64,000 nt of DNA, taken from assembly GCF_039654945.1 (NCBI RefSeq), contig NW_027361699.1, positions 7,564,001 through 7,628,000 on the forward strand, read 5' to 3'. Positions 1-13,060 of this stretch are shown here, piece by piece. Origin of the DNA: Dendrobates tinctorius (Eukaryota). The notes under the pieces were generated by a model. It was not told where the DNA came from and made no database searches. It saw nothing but the letters and a program-made list of their open reading frames with translations. Both the position numbers and the translations under genes were made by a program. Positions within the stretch are counted from its first letter, which is position 1, and each line of letters opens with the position of its first letter.

Positions 1-450
1 CCCCTAGAAACTAATATTTTTCCCTCAAGATTTACAAAATGCCCTTATCTTTTGAGGGGTTTTTACATGAAACAGCTTTTGATTTTTGTTATGGGTATTT
101 ATATACTTGTACAAGTTAATCCTGATTTCCAATAGTAGTCTCATCTCAAGACTAAATACATTTAATTTTTTTACTCTTTCTTCATAACCAGGATCTGTTA
201 TGCCCCTTTTCAGTTTTGTGGCTCTTTTTCTTTTCCAACTACAGGACATCCTTTCTCTGAACTGGTGCTCAGAACTGAACTGCATATTCCAGATGAGTTT
301 GTAATAACCCTTTGGAAAGTGGCAATATTACATCCCTATCCCACAAGTCCATCCTTCCTTTAATACATAATAATATCCTGTTGGCCTTAGAGCCTTAGAC
401 TTACATAGCATAATTGTGTTTAGTCTGTGATATACAATTACACAAGATAC
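1..450 (-). mobile_element. CR1-type LINE, degenerate 3' ORF2 fragment
   Basis: ORF 25..285 reads GYEERVKKLNVFSLEMRLL..INLYKYIN, resembling the CR1 ORF2 C-terminal motif YEERL..L.LFSLE.RRL.GD.I..YKY. Right boundary approximate. Confidence 0.7.
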
Positions 451-807
451 GAAATTCTAAGTGGGCAACTTTTGTCACAATGGGATCCACCCTGGAACTC
501 ATGCTTCAATTGTGTATATGCCTTCACAGGAGAATGAAAGTTGTTACAGCTGCAAAGTGTAGTCGAACTCCAAATAAATGCCTATGGATTTAGAATGGAA
601 TATCATCAAAGTTCATGTAGGTATAATATGTAGCCGTCCCAATATTTTTATCCATAAGTAAACAAAAAAGTAAATCCGATGCATGTGCAACAGGATTCCA
701 ATTTTTGCTATTCAAATAATGTGGGTTGTACGTTAAGGAGGGTGAGATTATATCTGTCTCAAGTTATAGGTTAGACTGAACACGCACACTGTGCAGCAGG
801 TAGTATA

Positions 808-2270
808 CAGCTCTAACAAAAATTAAGAGACCACTCCACAGTTTTATAAAAATCAGCTTCTCTACATGTCTGACAGCCATTCCAGAGTTGAATTCCAACC
901 AGAGTACACCTCATTCTACTTAATGTGCTTCTGATTAGGGGATCACCTGAACCAAATCTTATTTAATGAAGGAAAGTATAAAAAATCCCTGTTGTGGTGT
1001 TTATAATCATCTTGCAATAGGACAAGCTAGATAGCAAAACAAGTGCTAGTAACATCTCAAAAGTAATAGGAATGAAAAAATTACTTTTAACCATGCCAAA
1101 GGAGTTTAAAAGAAAAGTCTTGAGTGAGGAAAAGAAGAGCTCAATTCTGGCTTTACTAGCAGAGGGATACAGTGAGCATCATGTTGCCTCCATCCTTAAA
1201 ATTTCTAAGATGGCAGTCCATTACAATGAGGTCTAGCAGCAGACATTGGGGACAACAAAGCTACAGACCGGCAGAGGGTGAAAATGACTCTCCACTGACA
1301 GGGATGACCGTCATCTTATTCAAATGTCACTCAGCAACCGCAGGATGATATCAAGTGACCTACAAAAGTAATGGCAAATGGCAGCTGGGGTGAAGTGCAC
1401 GGCAAGAACAGTTCATAACAGGCTCCTAGAGGCAGCGCTCAAGTCATGTGAAGCTTGAAAAAAGCCTTTCATCATTGAGAAGCAAAGGAGAGCCAGGCTG
1501 AGGTTTGCCAAAGACAATAAGGATTGGACCATAGAGGACTAGAGTAAGGTAATCTTCTCTGATGAGTCTAATTTTCAGCTTTGCCCAACACCTAGTCGTC
1601 TAATGGTTAGACGGAGACCTGGAGAGGTGTGCAAGCCACAGTGTCTTGCACCCACTGTGAAATTTGGTGGAGGCTCAGTGATGATCTGGGAATGCTTCAG
1701 CAAGGCTGGAATTGGGCAGGTTAATCTTTGCGAAGGACGTATGAATCAAACTGCACACGAGGTTATCCTGTAAAAATAGTTGATTCCTTCTGCTCAGGCA
1801 ATGTTCCCCATCTCTGAGGACTGGTTTTTCCAGCAGGACAATGAACATCAAACAAAGAATGGCTTAAATTTTTGTACCAGGAGTGGCATAAGGTCACCCA
1901 AAAGCAGTGCAAAAGACTGGTGGAAAGCATGCCAAGACGCATGAAAGCTGTGATTAAAAATCATGGTTATTCATATTGATTTCTGGACTTTTCCTGAGTT
2001 AAAACATTAGTATTATTGTTTCTAAATGATTATGAACTTGTTTTCTTAGCATTATTTGAGGACTGCAAGCACTGTGTTTTTTTGTTATTTATTTATTTCT
2101 CATTTTCTGAAAATAAATACAAAATTTAGTGCTTGGAAATTCGGAGACAGGTTGTCAGTAGTTTACAGAATAAAAGAGCAATTTACATTTTACTCAAAAA
2201 TATACCTATAACGAGAAAAATCAGACAAACTGAACATTTTGCAGTGGTCTTTTAGTTTTTTCCAGAGCTG
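808..2270 (+). mobile_element. Degenerate Tc1-like DNA transposon
   Basis: TA-flanked TIRs (cagctct..aaaattaagagaccac / gtggtct..agagctg). Broken transposase remnants: FSDESNF at ~1555, TVKFGGG at ~1655, QQDN at ~1831. Confidence 0.85.
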
Positions 2271-2360
2271 TATATCACCATTCAGAAAATAGCTTAGTGG
2301 TGGATATCAGTATCTGGTGATGGATGTGTAAATGGCAGACCATTTGGATCAAAATAGTGG

Positions 2361-3305
2361 AGAAAAGGAGGAACAATGCCGAATAAATGGTCCAAAAATG
2401 TACGTAGACATAGCTTTAGAAAGGTATAAAAGATTTTTATTGGACAAAAAAGGTAAAAAATGGCACTACACGAAAAAAAGAACTCACTCCAAAATGTGCA
2501 TCGGGGTGTGCGTCGCTCTTTCATCCAGGACCACCCAGGTAACCCCATATGCATTCTGGCATTCTCTTTATCACTCCATGTTGTCTGAAGCATAGACTGT
2601 TTGGAGTATTACCTTGTTTGATCGATTGATCTATTTATACACTCATATCTATATACTTTGGATATTTTTCTATTGTATACTCCACCACTGTATCTTAAGA
2701 TGGATTGATTTATTCACATTATACTTACTGGCCATTACCTGTACAGGGTATCTCTATTTTTTTATCCTAATTATTATTTTATCTTCCTACCCACAGACAA
2801 TTCTTTTTCTCCCTGTCTTCACCATATGCCTCTCCTCTCAACTAGGGATACATCATAATATATACCATATCTTTATTATTTTTATACATCAGTCATAAGT
2901 GCCTTTGATTGAGGGGTACTCTGATATGCCACAGGTGGGATCTGCTATAAAATATATGCTATGTGCTCATCCACCCCTAGGCATAACAGATCACATGCCT
3001 CGCCACATTTATTTACACTAGCTATGATTTATGATATATAATATTTGAGATTGCCTATTCAATATTGAACATTAACATTGCCGCTGCAATTATATATAAT
3101 ATTTAAGGCTCATTAATAAACGCACACAGTATTATCTTTGTCCTTGATGTACCACTAGATTTTTGTACATGAGTGTGGGCACTCTTTTTTTTCGTGCAGT
3201 GACATTTTTTACCTTGTTTGCCCAATAAAAACTTTTCTACCTTTCTGATGCTACGTCTATGTACATTTTTGGACCATTTATTTGGCGTTGTTCCTTCTTT
3301 ACTCC
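2361..3305. repeat. Diverged inverted-repeat (foldback) element, possibly a Penelope pLTR relic
   Basis: ~2361-2495 is the reverse complement of ~3170-3305 (aataaatggtccaaaaatgtac..ttttattgg..cacgaaaaaaa). Each arm carries an outward-reading AATAAA. The Penelope assignment is inference. Confidence 0.5.
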
Positions 3306-3885
3306 TCAAGTTATAGGTTGTGCAGCTTTGAAAAGCAAGGAGTCCAGCATTCCTGCAGGTGGGTTCAGTAATCAATACTGCATCTTGCTGTTAGCAGCTT
3401 ATTCCCCTCTCCCCACCCTATAAGAATAACTCCAGATCCCTAAATTTCTAAGCTATCAAAAGTGTTGTCCTTACATCCGTAATAATAAGGCTGGGACTTC
3501 ACATTGCTGTTACGGGACTTTTTTTTACAGTTGTGATTTGGCTGTAAGCAAAAATGGTCAAGTCACAGATAAATGCACCCAAGTTGCAGTAGCATGTGAC
3601 TTGCATTGAAATGAGTAGTGTGCAACATTTGGCTCGTATCAAAAAAATCCAACATATTTGGAAACATTGGAGCCAGAGGCGGAGCTAGGGTTTTGGTTCG
3701 GAGGGGCGAAACTTCTGAGTGGGCCCCTAGCCAGGTAACCTTGATTATACTGGGTGACGCACCCTAATAGTGGAGGAGAACCTCAGCAGATGACTGCGCT
3801 GTTGCTGAAAATAATCTCTATACAAAGACCACTATTGATATTACCTCCATATGGTCAGTGGTAGATACCAGTCCTACAGAACATA

Positions 3886-5095
3886 CAGCTCTGTCAAAAA
3901 TTAAGAGACCACTGCAAAATTTTCAGTTTGTCTGATTTTTCTCTTTATAGGTATATTTTTGAGTAAAATTTAAATTGTTCTTTTATTCTATAAACTACTG
4001 ACAACATGTCTTCGAATTTCCACGCACTAAAATTTTCAGAAAATGAGAAATGGTCAAAATAACAAAAAAATTCAGTGCTTGCAGACCTCAAATAATGCAA
4101 CTTTATAATCATTTAGAAACAACAATACTAATGTTTTAACTCAGGAAGAGTTCAGAAATCAATATTTTGTGAAATAACCATGATTTTTAACCACATCTTT
4201 CATGCGTCTTGGCATTTTTTCCACTAGTCTTTCATCCTGCTTTTGGGTGACCTTACGCCACTCCAGGTATAAAAATGTAAGCAGTTCTTCTTTGTCTGAT
4301 AGCTTGTGACTATCCATCTTCCTCTTGACTACCTTCCAGAGGTTTTCAATGGGCTTCAGGTATGGAGACTGGGCTGTCCATGACAGGGATTTGATGTGAT
4401 GGTCCTTCATCCACACATTGATTGACCTAGCTGTGTGGTATGGCGCATTGTCCTGCTGGAAAAAACAGTCCTCAGAGTTGGGGAACATTGCCTGAGCAGA
4501 AGGAATCAACTGTTTTTCCAGAATAACCTTGCATGTGGCTTGATTCATACATCCTTCGCAAAGATTAACCTGCCCAATTCCAGATCATCACCGATCCTCC
4601 ACCATATTTCACAGTGGGTTCAAGACACTGTGGCTTGTACGCCTCTCCAGGTCTCTGTCTAGCCATTAGACAACCAAAGCTGAAAATTAGACTCATCAGA
4701 GAAGATTACCTTACACCATTCCTCTATGGTCCAATCCTTATGGTCTTTGGCAAACTTCAGCCTGGTTCTACTTTGCTTCTCATTGATGAAATTCTTTTTT
4801 CTAGCTTTGCATGACTTGAGCCCTGCCTCTAGGAGCCTGTTATGAACTGTTTTTGCCGTGCACTTCACCCCAGCTGCCATTTGCCATTTCTTTGGTAGGT
4901 CACTTGATGTCATCCTGCGGTTGATGAGTGACATTCAAATAAGATGACAGTCATCCTGGTTAGTAGAGAGTCGTTTTCGCCCTCTGCTGGTCTGTAGATT
5001 TGTTGTCTCAAATGTCTGCTGCTTGACCTTGTTGTAATGGACTGCCATCTTAGAAATTTTAAGGATGGAGGCAACATGACACTCACTTTATACCT
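3886..5095 (-). mobile_element. 5'-truncated Tc1-like transposon, same family as 808-2270
   Basis: TA + cagctctgtcaaaaattaagagaccac TIR. ORFs 4159..4548 and 4659..4934 carry FSDESNF, FQQDNAP and KPIENLW. Confidence 0.85.
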
Positions 5096-5239
5096 CACAT
5101 TTTCAGCACTGTCACCATCTATTCCCATCCTGCACAAACTCCTCATCCTGCAGATATCCCAATGCTGAGCCGCTGCTGCCGTATGTGCCCCTATTACTTC
5201 ACCTATTGTGTGGTTCTGTTTGACCTCTAAATTCTAAAG

Positions 5240-5780
5240 CAACCATCTAGAACCTTTCTGATCTTGAGAGCCACATTCAGTTCAGTGAGAAGGCCGCGAG
5301 CCACATCCAGCTCCTAGAGTGGGTTGCGAACCACATCCAGCTCCTGACCTAATCACAGTAATGCAACCAAAGCCCTCATTATGGGAATAATCAATATAAC
5401 CAAAGCTTTTCAACAGAAATCACCCTGAAGCAGTATACCAAGATTCAGGGGTTCCAACAATACCCCTATTCAGCACCCTCCCATCCAGCACTCCCAGAAC
5501 GATGTCACATCCAGCTTCAGGCACCTCCTCTGACAGGTAGTATCATCCTGTGTCAGCATACCATACCTAAATTTTCTCTAAACCTCAAGACCAGTATATG
5601 TGCATCCAGGTCTGCTCTTCTGTGCAGGGCTACTCACAAAATTCGCCATTTTGAGATGTGCTCTTCATGCCTGTTTGTTAGACATGGAGCTAATGCACCA
5701 AGATGGCAGACAGCCATGAGCCACAATTGACGGGATCACGAGCCACATGTGGCTCCCGAGCTACAGGTTGGGGACCCCTG
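5240..5780. mobile_element. hAT (Buster/Charlie-like) MITE
   Basis: Right end gagccacatgtggctc..caggttggggacccctg, repeated gagccac motifs, flanks ttctaaag / ctctagaa with central TA. Left end is degenerate. Confidence 0.55.
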
Positions 5781-6305
5781 CTCTAGAAAATAGTAATGCC
5801 GGGTGCAAGTGCCATAGAAAACAGTGACCATATTTTGTCCCCTCATAGGCTGCCTATGTAGTGCAATGTAGCCCCATAAACTAAATACTCACCTCTCTTC
5901 CTTCTGGTTCCTGTGCTGCTCCCGTGCGTAAAGCTCCCTCTCTCATCACTGCGGTCAGCTGTATTGGCATCTAGCTGATACAACTGAATTTGCAATGACC
6001 GGCAGGGGTCCACTGCTGGCACCGGCCCCCCACCGCCAGCTCAGGGGCCCATAGTGGCCGGGCGGCAGTGCAAGGATATTGATTCTCCCTGCTCTGCCGC
6101 ATAATGTAACTGTATGGGCGGCCTGTGCAAGCCGATACAGTTACTGCAGGGTAGCTCTGGGTGGGCCCCCTCAGAGCATGGGGCCCTGGGCGACCTCCTC
6201 CTCTGCCCCCCGGTAGCTACGCTACTGATTGGAGCAATGAGGTATTTAAATAATAAGTAATAGTTATACTTTATAAAATTCTCTACTTTTGGTCAAATAT
6301 CTTAA

Positions 6306-6915
6306 AGGGAACCTGCCACCTGTTTTGGCTGCTATAAGATGCCGCCACTGCCTTTCAGGGCTTTTCTACAGCAAGATAAGAAAAATAACTTTTATTATAC
6401 TCACCCGGGGAAGCGGTCCTATGTGGTCCGGTCCGATGGGTGTCGCAGGTCTGGGTCTGGCACCTCCCATCTTCTTGCGATGCCGCCCTCCTGCTTGCTT
6501 CATCATTCCCTGGCATCATGCTCCCATGCAGGCGTACTTATATGCCCTGTTGAGGGCAGAGCAAAGCACTGCAATGCACAGGTGCTGGGAAAGGCCAGAG
6601 AGGCCCAGCGCCTGTGCACTGCAGGAATTTGCTCAGCCCTCAACAGGGCAGATAAGTACACCTGAGCAGGAGTGCAATGACGGGGAGCGATGAAGCAACA
6701 GGAGGGCAGCATCGCAAGAAGACGGGAGGTGCCGGACCCAGACCTGTGGCACCCATGGGACCGGACTGCCCCCCCGGGTGAGTATAATAAAAGTTTTTTC
6801 TCTTATCTTTCGGGTTGGATCGGGGGCTTATCTACAGCATTATAGAATGCTATAGATAAGCCCTGAAAGGCAGTGGCCGCAACTAATAGTGGCCAAAACA
6901 GGTGACAGGTTCACT
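6306..6915. mobile_element. Kolobok/T2-type palindromic MITE
   Basis: TTAA on both sides (6302-6305, 6916-6919). TIR agggaacctgccacctgttttggc / gccaaaacaggtgacaggttcact. Self-complementary along most of its length. Confidence 0.85.
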
Positions 6916-6954
6916 TTAAAATTCCCGATAGCCCCTTTAGCATTATATTTTACC

Positions 6955-7225
6955 ATACACACTTGAAAAAAATTGTTGGTACCTTTCTAAGAGCCCTGAT
7001 CAAAATCCTACTGAACATCTGTGTAAGGAGCGGAAACATGCAGTCTCACACCTGAGACAGCGGGTGAAGTTTGATCATGAGGAGTGGGACAAAATGCCTG
7101 TCCACAGGTGCAAAAGTGTCTTTGAAAATTACTTTTCTCAGGGTCAGGTTATTTCAGTCATCATTGTGGAGTTTCCTCACATTAACAGATGGATACCAAC
7201 ATTTCTTTCCATGAGTATGCTAGAA
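6955..7225 (+). mobile_element. Highly degenerate, internally deleted Tc1 fragment
   Basis: cctgatcaaaatcctactgaacatctg resembles PDLNPIEHL; EEWDKMP follows. Confidence 0.45.
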
Positions 7226-8934
7226 AAGTCAATGGCTGGATCCTGAAGAGCGAAACATTGTTGTTACGTAGTCATTGAATGGAGTGACGTTTATGCTCAC
7301 ATGACTTGTACAGTAGATCATTAAATTTTCATAAATACATTTGCACGGTAGGTTAAGCTAACCTTATATCAAACGTCTTCTCTTTTAAGCCAGTTTCCTT
7401 TACTTTCCAGAATTGACTTAATCAGGTAATGGCATTTAATAGGAAAACATATAAGAAGCTTTGAATTTCATCTCCCCTGTGCCGAGGACTGAGGAAGTAA
7501 TAATGGTTGTTTCTAACTAATAAAGTAAAGGCATGAGTTGGCTGCTGTATGAAAGTTCCAGATTTCTTTCTTACACAGCTACTTTTTGTAGTATTTAAGC
7601 CCTTTCATTTTTCTCATGAGCCTGTTTTGGAATATCAATAACTCGACACAATACACACACATTCAAATCTCATTTCCTAATGGGATTATCCAGAGCCACA
7701 AAAGGGTTTGTCTACAGAGGGGGAGAGCAAAAACGGATTACATTTCCAAAATCTTGTACCATTGCCTAAGTTCTGTCCATAAAGGTTTATAAAGCGCAAC
7801 TTTATGGGAAAAAGAAAACAGTGCTCAGCATTGTGTATTATGTTCAGCAAGAGAAACGACTCAGTGTCTGCATTTGCCTATAGAGGGTAGAGAAAATCAC
7901 TCTCTTAATTTCACATGCCATAGACAATAAGTGCCTCTCGTTCTCAAACTACCACACATTTAACCCCAGCTCAACCAAGGGGTCTTGAAGGGTCGGTGCA
8001 CTAGTGTAGAGATAGGCTTTTTGTCTCTACTCTACTTCCAATGCTGAGGTTAAAATTAAAGCAAAGAGAACATGACAGTCTGTCTCTTTCTTATTGTTCT
8101 CCGCTTGTTGCTAACAGTGAGTGGTGTTTAAAATAATGTCAGCTAGTGCCAAGCAATTCTGAAGAAGCTTTATATTGCATGCACTCAGCTGGAAGACAGA
8201 ATGACACATAGTAGAGATCTCATCTTGAAGATGTCAACATCTACTTTGCTCAATATGCCATGAATACTTTTAAAACAATAATCCTAAAACCACTGGATAA
8301 AAAAATTAACCTGGTGGTGCATGGCCATAAGCCAAAGGCAGCAGACACCTAACTCCCAAGGTCAGTAGTACCAGCCTAAATGAGCTTCAAAATAGTAACC
8401 ATCCACCACTTTATAGTGAGAAAGCGCTTGGGAAAGAGTCACTTACTCTGGTCATAAGCTTTGCTTGTGACATGGGCAACATTTTGGGGCCACCTGCATC
8501 ACGTCTGTCTCCAACCTCACTGCATCCACCATCACTCAATAACATACTCATCATTGCCCTCAGATCAGGACATCTCATCCTCCACTAGCTCCCTTAAACT
8601 TCCACACTTGTCCTAAGTTAATCCAGAGAGTAAAACTGTTCCAAGAGTCTGGGACCCGCAATCTTTAACACAGTGTTAGAAATTGAGCAGGAGCCACTAC
8701 TTTAGCACAGTTACCCTCATACGCACCAGAATAATGCCTCATCTTCTTCTCAAGAGGGTACTTGGAATCAGAGCCGGATTTAAGAGGTGGGTGACCCCTT
8801 AGGCCCCTATTTTGGTCGAAGGCCCATTTTTCAAGGTGTTGCAATATGTAATGCAAAAACACAAAATGAAACGAACACAAGTATATTTTCAAAAATCATT
8901 TACACAGAGTAATTCAGGTAAAATCATTCATGTT

Positions 8935-11875
8935 TTACAATCCAGGCACTTTCCTTGATTTTCGTGCTGCAAAATCACTAATAATGCCACTAAAGTCCAA
9001 TTCACGCAGTATATCTGACTCGATGCTCATGATAGCCAAATTTACAAGTCGTTCCTGCTTCATGGATTTCCTTAATCGATTTTCAACTAATTTGAGATTT
9101 GAGAAGGAACGCTCACCACTACAGTTTGTTACCATCAAAATTAGCTATATCCTTAACGCTATCTCAATATTTGGGAAAGTGACCTGCACACGCTTTTACA
9201 TGATAAGCTTGTACATGAAAAGTTCAGTGCTGATATATTTTGGCTCCTCGTCTGTGAATAAATTGGCAAATGTTGCAAACTGACACAGTTCATCAATAAA
9301 TGTAATGTCCAAGTCATCTGAATAAGACCTGACGAGTTGCTCTGCTGTGGCCTTAAGCTCATCTGAAGACAGTTCTTTCAAATGGCTAAAAAAAAGCTAA
9401 ATTTGCTTGATATATCTTTATATGCTTGAAGACATTGGTTAAGAGAAGCGATAAACTGATCAATGATAGGCAAGAAAGTTTCTGTTCTGTATTTTTCAGA
9501 AGGGCTGAGTTGTGCGTCTTCCGTATGGCCATAATCCAATGGATTGAGCCACACGTTTCGGCGCCTGTGTCGAGTTATCGCCTGAACATACTCAAAAGAA
9601 CCAGACAGCTCTTCGCCTTGCTTCTCATAAATTTTGAAGGAGTCACGCTTTGATGCGACATAGTTTTTTAAGCTGGTCAGTGACGCCACAGCAGTGTTTA
9701 GATCGAGTTTTGCGTGTTGTAGATTTTTACTAGTAGCATCTGTTCTTTGCAGGATTTTATTCCAGAAGGTGGTGTTAAAACCAATTTCAAGCTGATTCAT
9801 TTGTCTTAACAGTCCTTCTGCCTCACACCATACACAGCTTTTTTCTTCAAAGTCATCAGCAATCTGTTTAAGTACATGTTTAATCTGCTGATAGTCATGC
9901 TTAAGGGCCTTAGTAACGTCTGCTCTGCAGGACCAATGCGTTGTTGTGACACGATTGAGAGTCAATGCTGTTGCAGAGTCAATATTTTTCAAAGCCTCAG
10001 TCAGGAGATGATGCCTATGCATTGAAACTGTGAAGAAGAGGAACAGCTTTTCAAGGAAGTCAAAAAAATGTACAGCACTCGAGCAGCTTTCTACAGCATT
10101 TTTAGCAACCAGATTTAAAGAGAGTGCTGTACTAGGAATCCAGGATGCAAGATTTTTCTTCTCTCTCACTTTGGCTTGCAGGCCGTTGGATTTGCCACTC
10201 ATTGCAGATGCATTGTCATAACTTTGACCACGGCAATTTCCCAGGTCTAGGTCATGTCTCTTCAAAAATTCCAACAAGGCATTGAACATGTCTTGAGCGC
10301 CATGGCCTTTGTTTGCCATGAATGTTACAAGAGTTCTACAGGGCCATCTTTCTCCATATACCTCAATACAAGGGTTAGTTGGTCAACGTGAGCTGCATCG
10401 GGTGTGGAGTCCAAAGAGATGGAGTAGTATTTTGATTTGTTAACTCGAGAAATAATTTCTCTGAGGACTTGTTCGCCCATTACATTGATCATTTCTTCCA
10501 TAATTGTAGATAACAGGTAGTTTGTATGACCCTTGCCGCGATTGTCTTGAGTTTTGATATGCTGTGCAAGAAAGTCGTCGTACTGGGTGATGAGTTCAAG
10601 AATGCCCAGAAAGTTTCCATTTCTAGATGATCCATCCAATTCGTTATCTCCTCTAAATGCTACCAATCAGTAGATTTGGTTTCCAGTACCATCGCTATGC
10701 TGATGACACCCAATTATACGCTTCTTCTCCTGACATCACGCCAGCCTTTCTAGAAAACACCAGCGATTGTCTAAACGCTGTGTCTAACGTCATGTCCTCG
10801 CTATATCTGAAACTGAACCTGTCAAAGACTGAAGTCCTTGTGTTTCCTCCCTCTACTAATGTACCTATACCCGACATTGCCATTTCTGTGTGTGGTTTCA
10901 CTATTACTCCCCAGCAACATGCCCGCTGTATTGGGGTCATACTTGACTCCGAGCTTTCCTTTGCCCCCCACATTCGATCACTGGCTCGCTCTTGTCATCT
11001 GCACTTTAAAAACATTTCTAGAATTTGACCTTTTCTTACTTTTGACTCCACAAAAACTCTTACTGTTTCTCTTATTCATTCTCATCTCGACTATTGTAAC
11101 TCTCTTCTAATCGGCCTCCCTCTTACCAAACTCTCCCCTCTCCAATCTGTCTTGAATGCTGCAGCCAGGATCATATTCCTCACCAATCGTTACACCGATG
11201 CCTCTACCTTGTGCCAGTCATTACACTGGCTACCCATCCACTCAGTATAAACTTATTACCCTCACCCATAAAGCCCTCCATGGCTCAGCATCACCCTACA
11301 TCTCCTCCCTTGTTTCAGTATGCCACCCTACCCGCGCCCTCCGTTCTGGTGATGACCTGAGGTTAGCATCCTCAATAATCAGAACCTCCCACTCCCGTCT
11401 CCAAGACTTTACACGTGCTGCACCAATTCTTTGGAATGCACTTCCCAGGTCAATACGATTAGTCCCCAATCCCCACAGTTTTAAGCGTGCCCTGAAAACG
11501 CATTTATTCAGACTGGCCTACCGCTTCAACACATTAACCTAATCTATCCCTGTGTGGCACAGCCAAAAGTTTTACTATAACCAGTTTCCCCGCATCATGT
11601 TCCCACATGCTTTATGCATCCATTAGCCCTCTGTGTCTGTACTGTTACACACTTAACATTATGGCTGTTCCAAATAATCAGGGCAACTGTTACCACCCAC
11701 CTTTCATGTCTACCTCTTTCCTCATAGACTGTAAGCTTGCGAGCAGGGCCCTCATTCCTCTTGGTATTTGTTATAATCTATGTGATTATTGTTATGCTGT
11801 AATGTCTATTGTCTGTACAAATCCCCTCTGAAATGTAAAGTGCTGCGGAATGTGTCGGCGCTATAGAAATAAAAC

Positions 11876-11912
<37 letters not shown>

Positions 11913-12773
11913 GCCACACTCGGCAATAAACTGAATAACATTTACTACTCGTTTCAATGCTGACCTGACCTCCAATAATGCTCCTGAGCCTCGACCTGTT
12001 GTGTTAGCTCCGTATCAATTTGCCCAATCGCTTTTAACCTCATATTGAAAGCAATTGTAGAGTTCAGATGTTCCGATGACTTTTTATACAATCTTGTGAA
12101 TGTTTCCAACCACAGAATCCATTAGACGAAAGCTGAGAAGACTCAGATGCTGTAATAAAGCACATCAATTTGCACGTGAAGCAGTAAATGCGTCTTTAAA
12201 GGGAGAGAAGCATAACCAATTCCTCGTTATGACTTCTCCATTATGATTTTGACGACGGAAAAGCCCAAGTGTGCACATCCTTGGAATATTGCTGTCCTTT
12301 CTAGGTTGCTGAACCGAGTGTGCAATGAACAAACTTTCATCACAGTGCTGGATTGTTGATACACCCCTTTTCAGCCAGTAATCTCGCATCTGTTCCGAAA
12401 TCATGGATGGCCATAGTCCAATGTCATCGCCCCCTGGTGGGCCCTCATCTTTACCTTCTTCATAAGATGTGCCACTAGCAGTCTCCTTTTCTTTGTGTTC
12501 TTCAGTTGCACACATTACTACTTCAGCCTTTTCTTTGCCAGGATCAACAACCATTTCCACTGAAGCATTGTCAGGTTGATCAGATTCTACAAGGTCATTA
12601 CTCCTTTCCGACACTTGCCTTGAATGAACAGTGAAGAACTTGTCCAATTTTGTTGTCTTCGCTATCTCTTCTGTAGATTTCATTGTTGCTTCTTTTGCCT
12701 TACGTCTTTTAGAAGCCCCAGACTCCCAAATTCTTGTGGGATGTCTGTGCCTATCTCCTTCAAGATTGTCCAT
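8935..12773 (-). pseudogene. hAT transposase pseudogene, copy 1
   Basis: Fragments 12165..12773, ..CGL/AFRG..GNFL, SISLDSTPD (D), GQSYDNAS (D), TTHWS, and dimerisation domain NCSGERSFSNLK..ERL.NLA (E). Frameshifts, lost CxxH motif (PSTALSLNL), and an L2 insertion. Confidence 0.9.
10661..11909 (+). mobile_element. 5'-truncated L2-clade LINE inserted in hAT transposase (copy 1)
   Basis: HRYADDTQLY RT motif, LDYCNSLL, FKRALKTHLF. 3' end gcgctatagaaataaaa+(TTA)n. Splits hAT CGL|AFRG. Confidence 0.9.
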
Positions 12774-12884
12774 GATGGTAATCTAAAAGTAACAAAATGA
12801 CCTTGTCAAACCTTGAAGTCCTGAAAGGGAATTAAAGATAAAAATATGTACATATGTATGTATGTATGTATGTATATTGTAGAA

Positions 12885-13058
12885 ATTTGGGCTGTCTATA
12901 TCAAACACTGCTGCGGGGCTCTGTATGTCAGACACTGCTGCTGGGCTGTATAGTGTATGTATGAGAGGCTTTTGCTGGGCTGTATATGTATGAGAGGCTT
13001 CTGCTGGGCTGTATATATATGGGGTTGCTGCTGGGCTGTATATATATATATATATATC
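12885..13058. repeat. Minisatellite (gctgctgggctgtatata-like), continuing at 14668-14850
   Basis: Repeated gctgctgggctgtatat units on both sides of the Tc1 insertion. Confidence 0.7.
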
Positions 13059-13060
13059 TA

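Larger units (their letters stand above)
3674..6227. mobile_element. Non-autonomous hAT element with nested insertions
   Basis: Perfect 8-bp TSD ATTGGAGC (3666-3673, 6228-6235). Imperfect TIRs cagaggcggagcta / tagctacgctactg. Confidence 0.85.

Noticed and set aside
808-5095. Two opposed same-family Tc1 copies as a composite transposon
   Set aside because: The second copy is truncated and nested in a separate hAT element; these are independent insertions.
7241-7268. CTGAAGAGCGAAAC hammerhead-like string
   Set aside because: No room for a stem II loop and no convincing stems I/III; lies beside a Tc1 remnant.
8935-12773. Host ZMYM1/THAP12-like gene
   Set aside because: TIRs, an 8-bp TSD, frameshifts and insertions show a decayed transposon, not a domesticated gene.
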